Shown: positions 1 to 11,604, counted from the stretch's first letter. The stretch: DNA of 64,000 bases from an uncultured delta proteobacterium (GCA_963845145.1 CAWJQU010000013.1:96001-160000); one strand, 5' to 3'. Numbers and translations: made by a program. Notes: generated from the sequence alone by a model not told the origin.

Positions 1-2232
1 ACCGCCGAGCTTTTGAATCGATACGGAATGACCCGGGATGCGATTTTAAAAGGCATGGTGGCTGTTCGGGGGAATCAGCGGGTTACCGATCCCAACCCCG
101 AGGAGAAATACGAGGCCCTGGATCGGTTCAGCCGGGATTTGACCGATTTGGCCCGACGGGGGAAGCTGGACCCGGTGATCGGCCGTGATGAGGAAATTCG
201 TCGGATCGTTCAGGTTTTGTCTCGTCGAACCAAAAACAATCCCGTTCTGATCGGCGAACCCGGTGTGGGTAAAACCGCTATCATCGAGGGGTTGGCCCAA
301 CGGATCACCGCCGGAGACGTTTCCGAAACATTGAAGAATCGGCGCCTGGTGGCTTTGGATATGGGGGCCTTGATCGCCGGCGCCAAATACCGGGGGGAGT
401 TCGAGGATCGTTTGAAGGCGGTGTTAAAGGAAGTTGAAAAGGCCGAAGGCGAGGTGATCCTGTTCATCGACGAATTACATACGTTGGTAGGCGCCGGTGC
501 TGCAGAAGGGTCTATGGACGCTTCCAACATGCTCAAACCTGCCCTTGCCCGGGGAACACTGCGGTGTGTGGGCGCGACTACTTTAAACGAGTATCGTAAG
601 TATATTGAAAAGGACGCCGCTCTGGAGCGTCGTTTTCAACCGGTTCTAGTGGCTGAACCGACGGTTGAGGATACTATCTCGATATTGAGAGGGTTAAAAG
701 AAAAATACGAGGTTCACCATGGTGTTCGAATTAAGGATTCGGCTATCGTTGCGGCGGCAACCCTGTCTCATCGGTATATTGCCGATCGGTTTTTGCCGGA
801 CAAAGCCATTGATTTAATGGATGAGTGTGCTTCCAAGTTACGCATTGAAATTGACAGCCTGCCCACCGAAATTGATGAGATTCAGCGTAAGATGACCCAG
901 ATGGAAATCGAACGACAGGCGCTGAAAAAAGAGAACGATTCCGCTTCCAGAGAGCGTTTGAACACGCTCGAAGCCCATTTGGCCGAAATGAATGAGCAGA
1001 TTCGGGAAATGAAGGCGCACTGGCAGAATGAAAAAGAGGCGATTCAAACCATTCGTGAAATTAAAGAACATCAGGAGCATTTGGGTATCGAGGCGCAGCA
1101 GGCGGAAAGGGATGGGGACCTGAACCGCGTGGCGGAAATTCGTTACGGTCGGCTGACCGAGCTTGAAAATGAACTGTCGGTGGCGAACCGGAAGCTGGAA
1201 GAGCTGCAAGTGGAAAGGAAAATGCTGAAGGAAGAGGTCGATGATGAGGACATTGCCGAAGTGGTATCACACTGGACGGGGATTCCGGTAAGTCGCATGC
1301 TCGAAAGCGAGCGTGAAAAATTGGTGCGCATGGAATCCCATCTGGGCCAACGGGTGATCGGTCAGGCTGAGGCTATTGAAGCGGTCTCAAATGCCGTACG
1401 ACGGGCCCGTAGCGGCCTGCAGGATCCCGAACGGCCCATTGGTTCCTTTATTTTCATGGGGCCTACCGGTGTTGGGAAAACCGAACTGGCCAAAGCCCTG
1501 GCCGCGTTTATGTTTGATGACGAGCAAGCCATTGTGCGCATCGATATGTCCGAATTTATGGAGAAACATGCTGTTTCGCGGCTAATCGGTGCCCCTCCGG
1601 GTTATGTGGGTTACGAAGAGGGCGGCTATCTCACGGAGGCCGTCCGCCGTCGGCCCTATTCGGTAATTCTCTTTGATGAGATCGAAAAGGCGCATCCCGA
1701 GGTCTTTAACATCTTGCTCCAGATCTTAGACGATGGCCGCATGACGGACGGTCACGGTCGCACGGTTGATTTTAAAAACACCTTAATTATCATGACATCG
1801 AATGTGGGCAGTCATATGATTCAGGAAATGGGTGACCAAGGTTTTGATGAACCCGAACAAAAAGAGATGGAAAGGAAAGTGAATGAAGCCCTGAGGGCGC
1901 AATTCAAACCCGAATTTTTAAACCGAATCGACGAAATCATTATTTTTCACAATCTCTCACCGGATCAGATCGGGGCCATTGTGGATATTCAGATCGAGTA
2001 TCTGGTCCAGCGGCTGGCGGGCCTGAATATTGAGTTGGCACTTAAAAACAGTGCGCGCAATTTTTTAGCTGAAAAAGGGTACGATCGGATTTACGGGGCC
2101 AGACCCTTAAAACGGGCCATTCAGCGTTATGTGGAAAATCCACTGTCCATGGCCATTTTAAAGGGTGAGATCAAGGCCAATAGTAAGGTTCGGGTTGATG
2201 TCGATGGGGATGTATTGGATTTTAGGTATTGA
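1..2232 (+). CDS. clpB: ATP-dependent chaperone ClpB (5' end outside window)
   Basis: Two AAA modules ([16 protein letters not shown]), long coiled-coil middle domain, [26 protein letters not shown] and GARPLKR motifs; frame open from window start. Confidence 0.97.
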   Translation, partial: TAELLNRYGMTRDAILKGMVAVRGNQRVTDPNPEEKYEALDRFSRDLTDLARRGKLDPVIGRDEEIRRIVQVLSRRTKNNPVLIGEPGVGKTAIIEGLAQRITAGDVSETLKNRRLVALDMGALIAGAKYRGEFEDRLKAVLKEVEKAEGEVILFIDELHTLVGAGAAEGSMDASNMLKPALARGTLRCVGATTLNEYRKYIEKDAALERRFQPVLVAEPTVEDTISILRGLKEKYEVHHGVRIKDSAIVAAATLSHRYIADRFLPDKAIDLMDECASKLRIEIDSLPTEIDEIQRKMTQMEIERQALKKENDSASRERLNTLEAHLAEMNEQIREMKAHWQNEKEAIQTIREIKEHQEHLGIEAQQAERDGDLNRVAEIRYGRLTELENELSVANRKLEELQVERKMLKEEVDDEDIAEVVSHWTGIPVSRMLESEREKLVRMESHLGQRVIGQAEAIEAVSNAVRRARSGLQDPERPIGSFIFMGPTGVGKTELAKALAAFMFDDEQAIVRIDMSEFMEKHAVSRLIGAPPGYVGYEEGGYLTEAVRRRPYSVILFDEIEKAHPEVFNILLQILDDGRMTDGHGRTVDFKNTLIIMTSNVGSHMIQEMGDQGFDEPEQKEMERKVNEALRAQFKPEFLNRIDEIIIFHNLSPDQIGAIVDIQIEYLVQRLAGLNIELALKNSARNFLAEKGYDRIYGARPLKRAIQRYVENPLSMAILKGEIKANSKVRVDVDGDVLDFRY

Positions 2233-2305
2233 TGTCGCTAACGGGTACATGCATCGAAAGATGAACAAAATGAAATCATCTGAGGCATCGATTTCTGATA
2301 GAGAA

Positions 2306-2343
2306 TAAAAAAACCCGAAGCGAAAAACGCTCCGGGTTTTTTA
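2306..2343. terminator. Bidirectional intrinsic terminator between convergent clpB and porin gene
   Basis: AAAAAAACCCG(AAGCG...CGCTC)CGGGTTTTTT hairpin flanked by A- and T-runs. Confidence 0.85.
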
Positions 2344-2378
2344 TTACGTCATTCTATAGCGATGTAAACGTTACATGC

Positions 2379-3409
2379 TTAGAAGTTGATCTGCCATTTG
2401 ATACCACCATAAATGGAATCGCCTTGGTCGGAGCCATCAGAACCGTCACCAAAATCGTAACCACCGATTTCCGGAACGATGAAGAAGCCTGGGGCCAAGG
2501 TAACAACAGCCTGGCCGTAGTAGGCCAGTTCGTCATCATCTTCGGCAAATACATCATCATTTTCACTGACGGTGTAACCTGCACCAACCTCAAAGGAAAG
2601 CATATCAGTGGCTTTAAATGTGGCCACAAAAATACCACCTAAAGAATTGGTATCTTCTATAGAGTCACCCACGACGACGGCGTCATCAGCCGTATCATGA
2701 AACAATCCGTAGTTACCTACGTTCTGGCCATAGAACCCGTCCAACGCCAAAACAACCGGACCCAGATTAAACTTAGCGCCAATCGCGGCCACATAAGCGG
2801 TCACGTTTTCGTCAATACCATTGGGATCAACGGTCCAGCTTTGGGCACCACCCTGAAAAGCCAGGGCTACGGGGCCGGCATTCAGGTCGTAGGACACTTC
2901 GATTTTGGGCAGAAGCGCTTCGGGGAGCTTGCGTCCTCCAAGTTGAGATTGCTTTCATTGGCATCCAGCAGGGCCACTTTGAAATCACCCATCGAAAGTC
3001 GCAGCGCTGCGTTCCGGCCACCGTACACACCACCGACATTCAGCAGATCTGTATCGCTGCCAAACACCTGGTTGGAGTAGAACATATTGACCGGTGTATA
3101 CATCTGTCCAACTGTAAAAGAACCCCCGCCAAAATCCCAGGAGCCGTAAAGCAGCCGAGTGTTAACGCCGGTACCATATTCAAAACGACCGGAAATAGCG
3201 CCGTTTTTCACACGGGCACCGATACGGGAGTTCCCCTGGAGACCCAGGCTAAAATTGTCGGTATCGAGGTCTTTATCAACGCCTTCATAAAAGGTGGAAA
3301 CACGTGAGCTTCCATAAAAGGCCCAACTTGCAGCATCCGCAGCGGCGGCAGGTAAGGTAAAGGCCACAACCAGCGCGAGCGCTGTAAAAAGCACAAATAA
3401 TTTCTTCAT
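2379..3409 (-). pseudogene. Outer-membrane porin-like beta-barrel protein split by one frameshift near 2921-2926
   Basis: ORFs 2882..3421 and 2379..2897 join into one protein (...LEDASS/EALLPKIEVSYDLNAG...); signal peptide MKKLFVLF...AAAA, amphipathic strands, C-terminal QINF. May be a sequencing indel. Confidence 0.8.
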
Positions 3410-3502
3410 TTCTTCCTCCATTAGAATTTTAAAAAAAATAGCGATACTAAAAAAATAACGATACTACAGACCTGTTCTCAATAATTTCCTCATTCATCTT
3501 TA

Positions 3503-3583
3503 TGCCTGTCGACTGCACCCACCACCTCCTTTCTTCCACAGGCAAATTTATCAACAAATATGTCCATCAATCGTGCTTGTCAA
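3503..3583 (-). promoter_or_regulatory. Putative sigma70 promoter and structured leader of the porin gene
   Basis: TTGACA at 3578-3583 (minus) with weak -10; downstream 7-bp stem TGCCTGT/ACAGGCA enclosing GAAAGGAGGTG. Confidence 0.45.
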
Positions 3584-3755
3584 GTGTTTTTATTGGAAAT
3601 ACAGTAAAAAAAACGGTTATCCAATCAGCGATCGCTTGTTGGCTGGGCTTTCGTTAATAACAAAAGCGGTATATATTGTGTAACTACCTTATTATTCAAA
3701 CTATATATTGATTATTATAGATATCTGGACAGCTTGATTCAAATGCGTCTCAAAA

Positions 3756-4991
3756 TCAAACCTCCTGGAATTTCAGGTTCCCGAGACCTTCCAGCCTGAA
3801 TTGTTTACTATCGCTGTACTTTTTAATGATTTCGGCCGCTTCGCGGTTAAGCGCCATTTGTTCCGGTGAGATTTCGGTACTGAAACCAAGATAAAATGGA
3901 CCCAGGTGTACAGGATCCCCCGGGTAATGATCGTGAATAACGGTTTGTGGGTGGGCGTAGAGCCATCTCAATTGGGCGGTGGTCATGGATTGGCTCGGCA
4001 TGCCTTTAAAAAACCGTTCCAGGTCCCGAATATCTTCCTCAATCAGATTGCCCCATCCCAGGATAACGTTACCGTTCACTTTTACCTTGTATTCTGCACA
4101 GATTTCAAGGGTTTCCAAAATATCTGCTTTTGTGATCCCTTTGCCCATATAAGCCAACATTCGATCCGACGGGAATTCAACACCCAGCCCGAGGGTGAGG
4201 TTGGAAAAATCACCACCATTTTGCGCCAATGCCGCTTTTAAAGCCCGATTCTCGGCCTTGGCCGATCGCATGAATGTACGATATTCCAGATCGTCTCGCC
4301 TGGGTAAGTTTGGCAGAACCGCGGATATGTTTTTGGGTGTGATGGAGCCGGTATTGAGTCTGACTATTTTTCTGCCCGGATGGTTTAGTTCGGAGAAAGC
4401 ATAATCAATGGTTTTGCGGCCTCGAAATGCGTCACGAGGCGTTTCTTTAATGTTGCAATAGATACATTTACCCCAGTAACAGCCGTTGTCCAATGTATAT
4501 GAGAAATAGATCGGACTTTCCGGGGCCACCTGAGGAGATGGTGTCGTTAAGTGCCAACGGCCCGAAAAGTCATCAACACCAAACAGCTCCTCAACACTTT
4601 GGGCCGTGATTTGAAGATTTTTCGGGAAGCGGATATCGTCGCGAACTTGAAAGTAGAGCGGAGACCAATTCTTTGGATCGCAATTTTGAGATGCCGCGAC
4701 AGGTCCACCGACCACAAATGTCACTTGAGGGTAATCGCGAGCCCAAATATAAGCTTGATAGAGGTGGTTGATGTAGGCTGCACTGACATATACGGTTCCG
4801 CTGCTTATCGGCAGCTTGCGGGATGTGTAGATGTCTTCCTCGTGCCACTTTGAGCTGTCACCCTCATGATCCACCCAGAGAAAATCGCCCTTGTTCCGAC
4901 ACAAATCGTAGGTATCCGAAAACCCGTTGGTCAGGTCATAATAGGTGCTTTTGGATTGGCTGAAAAATTGAACGAACAGTACTTCCGGCAT
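3756..4991 (-). CDS. Radical SAM superfamily protein (class B-like architecture)
   Basis: GCYWGKCIYC motif, preceded by VVGGP, followed by LGVEFPSDRMLAYMGKG typical of this radical SAM subgroup. Confidence 0.75.
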   Translation of the reverse strand: MPEVLFVQFFSQSKSTYYDLTNGFSDTYDLCRNKGDFLWVDHEGDSSKWHEEDIYTSRKLPISSGTVYVSAAYINHLYQAYIWARDYPQVTFVVGGPVAASQNCDPKNWSPLYFQVRDDIRFPKNLQITAQSVEELFGVDDFSGRWHLTTPSPQVAPESPIYFSYTLDNGCYWGKCIYCNIKETPRDAFRGRKTIDYAFSELNHPGRKIVRLNTGSITPKNISAVLPNLPRRDDLEYRTFMRSAKAENRALKAALAQNGGDFSNLTLGLGVEFPSDRMLAYMGKGITKADILETLEICAEYKVKVNGNVILGWGNLIEEDIRDLERFFKGMPSQSMTTAQLRWLYAHPQTVIHDHYPGDPVHLGPFYLGFSTEISPEQMALNREAAEIIKKYSDSKQFRLEGLGNLKFQEV

Positions 4992-5097
4992 AGGATGTCC
5001 TCATATTAAGTGTCATTGCCGTGAGATCAACACCGGCTATAAATGGAAGGTATGACGTCTTGGTGGACTTACAAGTGTTTGAAAAACGGTGGCACCT

Positions 5098-6930
5098 CTA
5101 TGCGCGACGACCGAACGATTTTTCAAGCATCTCCACTGACCATTCAATCCAGATAGGGCGGCCATGGGGGCAGTGGGCGGGGTTGTCACAGGCCATGAGC
5201 TGATCCAACAGGGCCTGTTGCTCGGTGACATCAAGACGTTGGTTTGCGCGCAGGGCACCATGGCAAGCCATGAGAATCAGACTTTCATCAAGCGCTTTGT
5301 CGAATTTTGGGGTATGCCCTGTTTCCGATATCTTTTCGAGTATTTCTCGAATCAGAGGGGCTGCTTCACCCCCTCCCAATAGGGCCGGCATCGCCTTTAC
5401 GACGAAGGTGTTTTGTCCAAAGGGCTCAATTTCAAGACCCATCCGGGCCAAATCCGGTCGAATCCGTTCAAGATTGTCGGCTTCCGTAAAATTCAACTCA
5501 ATGGTCTCCGGGATTAACAGTCGTTGAATCGGACCTTTTCCAGTGTCATAGCGTTTCTTTAGATCTTCAAACATAATCCGTTCGTGGGCCGCATGCTGGT
5601 CGATGATGATTAGCCCTTCAACAGATTCACAGAGAATGTACGTTCCGTGAAATTGGCCGATAATACGGTATTGATGCGAAACGGCCTCGGTTAACAACGA
5701 TCCTGTTTGGGGGGACTCGGTTTCGATCCTGTCGTTTTTGCCTTCCGATTTTGCTTTGTCGTGGATAGGGGCGTGCCCGACATGGGGTGGCTTGAGTGTC
5801 CATGATAGGCCAGGAGATAGACCCAGAGATAAATCAGGCTCACCCGGAGGCGGCGATGGCTGGGCCGGTTCATACACGGCCGGTTCTTCAGCAATAGCGC
5901 TCGGTTGGATTGTCCGGTCTTTTGGCTTCCAGGGTATTGCTTGGCTCTGTTTTAAGGTGCTTGAGACCGTTGCCGCCACGAGGTCATGCACCGCTCGTTG
6001 TTGAAAAAAGCGTACCTCGTGTTTGGTTGGGTGGACATTCACATCCACTTCATCCGGGGGGACATTGATGAAAAGAACCGCCAGGGGAAATCGGCCTTTC
6101 ATCAACCGTCCGGTATAGGCCGCGAGCAGCGCGTGACGAATCATGCGATCACGCACCACACGGCCATTGACGTATAAATGAATTCCCTGGAAGGTACTTC
6201 GAAATAGATCGGGTAGTGCGATCCATCCGGACAACTTAATCCGCTCCGCCCGGGCGTTTATGGGACGAAGCCTGTTCCTCACGTTCCGGCCTAAAATATC
6301 GGCAATCCGGTCAACGGGATCAGCAACGGCCGGCCATTCCTTGATCGATTTATCGTTATGGCGCAGACGGATACGGATATTCGGATGGCCCATGGCCACA
6401 GCGGATACGGTGTCGCCGATATGGCCCATTTCCGTATTGACTGTTTTTAAGAATTTTCGTCGTGCCGGTGTGTTGAAAAATAACTGTCTGACCGAAATAA
6501 GTGTACCGACAGGTGCCCCGACGTCGGACACCTTGTCTATGCGGCCGCCGGTAACATCGATTTGCGTTCCGGATGGCGAAGTGGCATCCCGCGTGACCAT
6601 CCTGAAACGAGAAACGGAGGCAATACTGGGCAAAGCTTCCCCCCGAAAGCCCAGGGTTTGAATGGCAAACAGGTCCCGATCTGTGGCGATTTTGCTGGTG
6701 GCATAACGTTCCAAAGCCAAAAGTGCATCATCCTGGTTCATACCTATGCCGTTGTCGGCAATCTCGATCAGTGAGCGACCGCCGTTTTTGATTTCGATAT
6801 CAATTCTTGTGCTTTCGGCGTCCAGCGCATTTTCAATCAACTCTTTAACCACCGAGGCGGGACGTTCTACGACCTCACCGGCGGCGATTTTGTTGGATAA
6901 AATTTCAGGCAGAATTCGAATGCGCGACAT
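5098..6930 (-). CDS. mutL: DNA mismatch repair endonuclease MutL
   Basis: IAAGEVVERPASVVKELIEN, GFRGEAL, DQHAAHERIMFE and CPHGRP motifs. Confidence 0.98.
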   Translation of the reverse strand: MSRIRILPEILSNKIAAGEVVERPASVVKELIENALDAESTRIDIEIKNGGRSLIEIADNGIGMNQDDALLALERYATSKIATDRDLFAIQTLGFRGEALPSIASVSRFRMVTRDATSPSGTQIDVTGGRIDKVSDVGAPVGTLISVRQLFFNTPARRKFLKTVNTEMGHIGDTVSAVAMGHPNIRIRLRHNDKSIKEWPAVADPVDRIADILGRNVRNRLRPINARAERIKLSGWIALPDLFRSTFQGIHLYVNGRVVRDRMIRHALLAAYTGRLMKGRFPLAVLFINVPPDEVDVNVHPTKHEVRFFQQRAVHDLVAATVSSTLKQSQAIPWKPKDRTIQPSAIAEEPAVYEPAQPSPPPGEPDLSLGLSPGLSWTLKPPHVGHAPIHDKAKSEGKNDRIETESPQTGSLLTEAVSHQYRIIGQFHGTYILCESVEGLIIIDQHAAHERIMFEDLKKRYDTGKGPIQRLLIPETIELNFTEADNLERIRPDLARMGLEIEPFGQNTFVVKAMPALLGGGEAAPLIREILEKISETGHTPKFDKALDESLILMACHGALRANQRLDVTEQQALLDQLMACDNPAHCPHGRPIWIEWSVEMLEKSFGRRA

Positions 6931-6989
6931 GGCTTGTTCCAGTGGCTAATGGATCCTGACGTTAATTAAGGGGTCATGCTCATCGGTGG

Positions 6990-7169
6990 TTAACCGGCTT
7001 CTTCCCGCAGCCATTTTGAGAGGAATAATTCATCTTTGGGAGACAGGTTAAAACGCAGACCAGCGGCTTCGACCAAAGCCGGTAAGGACTTGTCCGGGTC
7101 ATCCACGCGCTGTTCCGATATCCATTTGACGGCTTTTCTTAAATCATCACCTTCAGGTTGAATATTCAT
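6990..7169 (-). CDS. Small hypothetical protein (59 aa), below the ORF-track cutoff
   Basis: Read manually: MNIQPEGDDLRKAVKWISEQRVDDPDKSLPALVEAAGLRFNLSPKDELFLSKWLREEAG*, with GAGGAGG RBS at 7174-7180; co-oriented between gatA and mutL. Confidence 0.8.
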   Translation of the reverse strand: MNIQPEGDDLRKAVKWISEQRVDDPDKSLPALVEAAGLRFNLSPKDELFLSKWLREEAG

Positions 7170-7263
7170 CGTACCTCCTCCATCGGTTGGCCGGTTCGCC
7201 CGGTTATATTGATCGGGCGCTCAGTCAGATTTACGGGCTAATCCGCCGAGGCGGACTAACGGA

Positions 7264-8727
7264 CTAACCGGTTGGTTTTTTCGTATGGAAATCCGTCGAC
7301 TGTTCAAAATTATAGGCGGCTTTCAGCAAGGTTTCTTCAGCAAAATGCGGGCCCATGAGCTGGAGACCGATGGGCAGATTGTCCTTGGAAAAACCACAGG
7401 GGACGGAAAGCCCGGGAATGCCGGCGAGGTTTGCCGAAAGAGTAAAAATATCGCTAAGATACATTGTCAGCGGGTCATCGTATAGTTCGCCAATCGGCCA
7501 GGCCGGCGTGGGTGTGACCGGTGACGCGATGATGTGACACTGTTCGAAAGCCTTTTTAAAATCTTCAATAATCAAGGTGCGGACTTGTGATGCTTTGGTA
7601 TAATACGCATCGTAATAGCCGGCGGAAAGGGCGTAGGTCCCGATAATGATTCGCCGCTGAACCTCGGAACCGAATCCGGTGGCCCGCGTATGACGGTACA
7701 TATCCGTCAGCGATTTTGCCTCCGGTTCGCGCCAACCGTATTTTACACCATCATAGCGGGCCAGGTTGGAACTGGCCTCACAGGGCGCGATGACATAATA
7801 GGTCGCGACGGCATAAGCCGTGTGGGGCAGGCTAATGGGCACTATTTCGGCGCCCAAATCGGCCATTTGTTCAATGGCAGCCGTTACCGCGTGTAACACA
7901 TCTGGGTCGAGCCCTTCAGTTGATCGAAATTCTTCCGGAATGCCGATGGTAAGTCCTTTTAGTCCGGTGGTTAAGGATTGGGTGTAGTCGGGAACGGGTC
8001 GTGATACCGATGTGGAATCGGCCGGATCATATCCGGCCACGGCATTAAGCAGTAAGGCACAATCTGTCACATCTTTTGCTAAGGGGCCGATCTGGTCGAG
8101 AGACGACGCGAAAGCCACCAATCCAAAACGCGACACCCGTCCGTAGGTTGGTTTTAATCCCACAACCCCGCAATGGGCGGCCGGCTGTCGAATGGAACCA
8201 CCGGTATCCGATCCTAAGGCGCCCAGGCACATATCCGATGCCACGGCCGCCGCTGATCCCCCACTGGACCCTCCTGGAATTCTTGAGAGATCCCATGGGT
8301 TGCGGGTTGGACCAAAGGCGGAATGTTCATTGGTAGAGCCCATGGCGAATTCGTCCATATTGAGCTTCCCCAGGATGACGGCACCGGCTTGGCGAAGTTT
8401 TTTTATAACTGTGGCATCGTAGGGCGGCATGAAACCTTTTAGTATTTTGGACCCGCATGTGGTGGGTATCCCTTGGGTACAGATCAAATCTTTTACGGCC
8501 AAAGGGACGCCCGTCAAAAGCCCCATATCACCTCGCGCAATGGCTTCATCGGCCTGTTGTGCCTGGGACATGGCCATATCCGCTGTCACCGTAATATAAG
8601 CGTTAATCCCGTCATTGGCCGTATTGATTTGTTCCAGAATGGCCGCTGTAAGCTCCGTGGAAGAGACTTTCTTCTCTTCCAGCAGCCGGCGAGCCTGGAA
8701 AATGGTCAGTTCATTCAAGCGGGTCAC
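7264..8727 (-). CDS. gatA: Asp-tRNA(Asn)/Glu-tRNA(Gln) amidotransferase subunit A
   Basis: Amidase signature [32 protein letters not shown]; adjacent to gatC. Confidence 0.98.
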   Translation of the reverse strand: MTRLNELTIFQARRLLEEKKVSSTELTAAILEQINTANDGINAYITVTADMAMSQAQQADEAIARGDMGLLTGVPLAVKDLICTQGIPTTCGSKILKGFMPPYDATVIKKLRQAGAVILGKLNMDEFAMGSTNEHSAFGPTRNPWDLSRIPGGSSGGSAAAVASDMCLGALGSDTGGSIRQPAAHCGVVGLKPTYGRVSRFGLVAFASSLDQIGPLAKDVTDCALLLNAVAGYDPADSTSVSRPVPDYTQSLTTGLKGLTIGIPEEFRSTEGLDPDVLHAVTAAIEQMADLGAEIVPISLPHTAYAVATYYVIAPCEASSNLARYDGVKYGWREPEAKSLTDMYRHTRATGFGSEVQRRIIIGTYALSAGYYDAYYTKASQVRTLIIEDFKKAFEQCHIIASPVTPTPAWPIGELYDDPLTMYLSDIFTLSANLAGIPGLSVPCGFSKDNLPIGLQLMGPHFAEETLLKAAYNFEQSTDFHTKKPTG

Positions 8728-9020
8728 GATGGATCTCCAATTATTTTAGGCACGATAAACGTGTCGTTATCTTTATCCGGCGCATTGGCCAGTGCTTTTT
8801 CCGCGGTGAGCTGGTTGGCCGGATTATCGTCTCTCAACGCGTTGGTCAGGGAAATGGCATGTGAGGTCGGCGCGATACCGGTTGTGTCCACCTCTTCAAG
8901 CGTGTGTACATATTGCAGAATGTCGGCGATCTGAGTGGCGAAGGTCTCCACCGATTTTTCGTCAAGCGCCAACCGGGCCAGTTTGGCCACATGCAGTACT
9001 TCATCTTTGGTGATTTCCAT
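8724..9020 (-). CDS. gatC: Amidotransferase subunit C
   Basis: [15 protein letters not shown]...LANAP...FIVPKII; 4-nt overlap with gatA. Confidence 0.96.
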   Translation of the reverse strand: MEITKDEVLHVAKLARLALDEKSVETFATQIADILQYVHTLEEVDTTGIAPTSHAISLTNALRDDNPANQLTAEKALANAPDKDNDTFIVPKIIGDPS

Positions 9021-9044
9021 CGTTTACCCTTATGTTATTTGGCA

Positions 9045-9800
9045 TTACCGGTTTGTTAAAATAATTCCCTGAATACCTTCTTTTTTAAGCCGGGAGAGTG
9101 CGATGTCGGCATCTTTTTGATTGCTGTATGGCCCAATTCTAACCCGATGTCTTTCCGCCTTTCCGGAAGCGGATGCTGAGGCAATATAGGCGTTAAATCC
9201 CTTCTTCCGCAATCGGGCGGCCATCCGTTTTGCTTCGTCAAGGTCCTGCATGGAAGCGGCCTGTAAGGTCCGGTAGATTTTCTCAGGCGTTTTCTCCGGT
9301 TTTTTAGCGGCCGGGGTAGGGATCGGGGCAGGCTTCGGCTTCGCTTTCGCCGTGGGCGATGGCCGGGGAGACGCCGGAGATATCGATTTCAGGCTTTTCT
9401 TGGGTATTTTAGGTGGTGGGCTGGGTTTAGTCGTTTTTATTTCAGGCGGGGGCTTTTTCTCCGTACGGCGAGAGTCTGGTTTTAATTCGCCCCTATTTGA
9501 ATTCTTTAGCCCCGCAAAAGGGTCCGAGGCCATCTCGCCGGTCAAGTCATGGGTCGGATCTTGCTTTTCCGCCACCTTCGCCGCTTTTTCAGCCATACTG
9601 TAGAGTTCTTTTTGAGAATCGTCAAATTTGAACTCAGTCGATAGGGTTCCGCGGCCCACCAGAATACCGAAAATGAACATCCAGACCGAAACAAATAAAA
9701 GTAAACCGACCCACGTCCCGGTACGCCAGGAGGGAGCGCTGGGCTTTGACCCCGATTTTTTAATCTTTGGCTTGGGATTCTTTTTTGAAACGGTTCGCAT
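9045..9800 (-). CDS. SPOR-domain membrane protein (FtsN/DedD-like)
   Basis: N-terminal TM helix, Pro/Lys-rich linker, C-terminal LQAAS...HRVRIGPY; downstream of argS. Confidence 0.88.
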   Translation of the reverse strand: MRTVSKKNPKPKIKKSGSKPSAPSWRTGTWVGLLLFVSVWMFIFGILVGRGTLSTEFKFDDSQKELYSMAEKAAKVAEKQDPTHDLTGEMASDPFAGLKNSNRGELKPDSRRTEKKPPPEIKTTKPSPPPKIPKKSLKSISPASPRPSPTAKAKPKPAPIPTPAAKKPEKTPEKIYRTLQAASMQDLDEAKRMAARLRKKGFNAYIASASASGKAERHRVRIGPYSNQKDADIALSRLKKEGIQGIILTNR

Positions 9801-9803
9801 GAT

Positions 9804-11468
9804 TTACATCTGTTCCGGCGCGCTGACCCCTAGCAAGGTCAGCCCGTTGCGGATCACTTTTTTGACAGCGGCCACCAAGTAAAGCCGACCTGCAGTTACC
9901 ATCTGGTCATCGCTCAATACACGATGTTTATTATAATAGGCATGAAACGCTGCGGCAAGGTCTATCAAGTAAAAGGCGATCCGGTGGGGGGCCATTTCTT
10001 TGGCACTGAGCAAGATGACTTCGGGAAAACGGTCCATTCGCTTCATTAACCCGATTTCTTCTTTGGCGGTTAATTTTGAAATTGCATCAGGGCTGTATGC
10101 TACCGGCGCCAAATTTTCCTTTTTACTTTTTAAAATGATGCTGGCGATGCGAGCGTGAACATACTGAACATAATAGACTGGATTGTCGTTCGTTTTTTGT
10201 TTGGCAACCTCGAGATCGAAATCCAGGGCGCTGTCGGAATGGCGGGTTAAAAAAATAAATCGGGCCGCATCGCGACCAACTTCTGCAAGGACATCACCGA
10301 GGGTGACAAATTCACCGGCGCGGGTTGACATGGCGACCGGTTCGCCGGCGCGTAGTAGGTTAACCAGGCGGACGAGAATAACGTCGAACTGCTCCCGATT
10401 TTTTCCTAGGGCTTCCACAATGGCCCTCATGCGAGGAATATATCCGTGATGATCGGCGCCCCATATATCAATTACCCGGTCAAATCCTCTCGAATACTTA
10501 TCCTCATGATAAGCGATGTCTGAAGCGAAATAGGTCGTCAGGCCATTTTTTCGAACGACAACGCGATCTTTCTCGTCTCCGAAAAGAGTGGTGCGAAACC
10601 ACAGGGCCTCATCCTCACGATAGATCAAATCGCGCGATAGAAGATCGTCAATAACACGATCAACTTTACCGTCGTCGTGGAGCGATTGTTCGCTGTACCA
10701 GCAGTCGTATTGGACCCCAAACCTCTCTAAATCGGCACGGATTCCGGCGAGGATTTCATCCGCAGCAAAACGCGCACAACGGCCAATGGCCTCTGTTTCG
10801 GGCATGGTTTTCAATGTTTCGCCTTCTTGCGAGTCTATCTGTCGGGCCAAATCGACGATGTAGTCACCCTGATAACATGCATCGGGAAATGAAATCTTTT
10901 GCCCATGAAGATCCAAAAAGCGTAAATAGACGGATTTTCCCAACGTATGAATCTGACGGCCCGAATCGTTGATATAATACTCCCGCTGGACTTCATAGCC
11001 ACAGAACGATAAAATAGCAGCCAGACTATCTCCCACGGCTGCCCCGCGACCATGTCCAACATGGAGCGGGCCGGTAGGGTTGGCGCTGACGAATTCTACC
11101 TGAATTTTTCGATTGCGGCCGAAACAGGATGCCCCGTATTTTTTATCCTCTTGATGGACAGCTTTCAGAATCGGATGCCAGGCCGAGGGTTCGATGTGAA
11201 AGTTGATAAAACCAGGTCCTGCAATTTCAATATCGGCAATGATCTTGTCGGTGTCTTTTATCTCAGCGACAATTACTTCTGCTATTTTTCGCGGGGACAT
11301 TTTTTGAATCGCAGCCGACATCATCGCAAAGCTGGTGGAATAATCGCCCTGTGTTTGGTGCTTAGGCTCTTCTATCAACACTTCCGGGAAGTTTTCGAAA
11401 GGAATATTCTTTTTGTCATAGGCGCTTTTAGCTGCGCTCAGTATTAATTGTTTTAATTTTGATTTCAT
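9804..11468 (-). CDS. argS: Arginyl-tRNA synthetase
   Basis: VEFVSANPTGPLHVGHGRG, GADHHGY, MSTRAG, YVQYVHARI, C-terminal APEQM. Confidence 0.98.
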   Translation of the reverse strand: MKSKLKQLILSAAKSAYDKKNIPFENFPEVLIEEPKHQTQGDYSTSFAMMSAAIQKMSPRKIAEVIVAEIKDTDKIIADIEIAGPGFINFHIEPSAWHPILKAVHQEDKKYGASCFGRNRKIQVEFVSANPTGPLHVGHGRGAAVGDSLAAILSFCGYEVQREYYINDSGRQIHTLGKSVYLRFLDLHGQKISFPDACYQGDYIVDLARQIDSQEGETLKTMPETEAIGRCARFAADEILAGIRADLERFGVQYDCWYSEQSLHDDGKVDRVIDDLLSRDLIYREDEALWFRTTLFGDEKDRVVVRKNGLTTYFASDIAYHEDKYSRGFDRVIDIWGADHHGYIPRMRAIVEALGKNREQFDVILVRLVNLLRAGEPVAMSTRAGEFVTLGDVLAEVGRDAARFIFLTRHSDSALDFDLEVAKQKTNDNPVYYVQYVHARIASIILKSKKENLAPVAYSPDAISKLTAKEEIGLMKRMDRFPEVILLSAKEMAPHRIAFYLIDLAAAFHAYYNKHRVLSDDQMVTAGRLYLVAAVKKVIRNGLTLLGVSAPEQM

Positions 11469-11604
11469 AATAAATTATACTTTCTTGTTCGGAAAAGGCC
11501 CCTACATAATGAGTCTGAGGTTACAAAGTCAACACCTGAAAATAAAAAAAATATAATTAGAAGAAAATAAAGAGTAAAGCAAATAAAGAAAATAAAAAAA
11601 ACAC

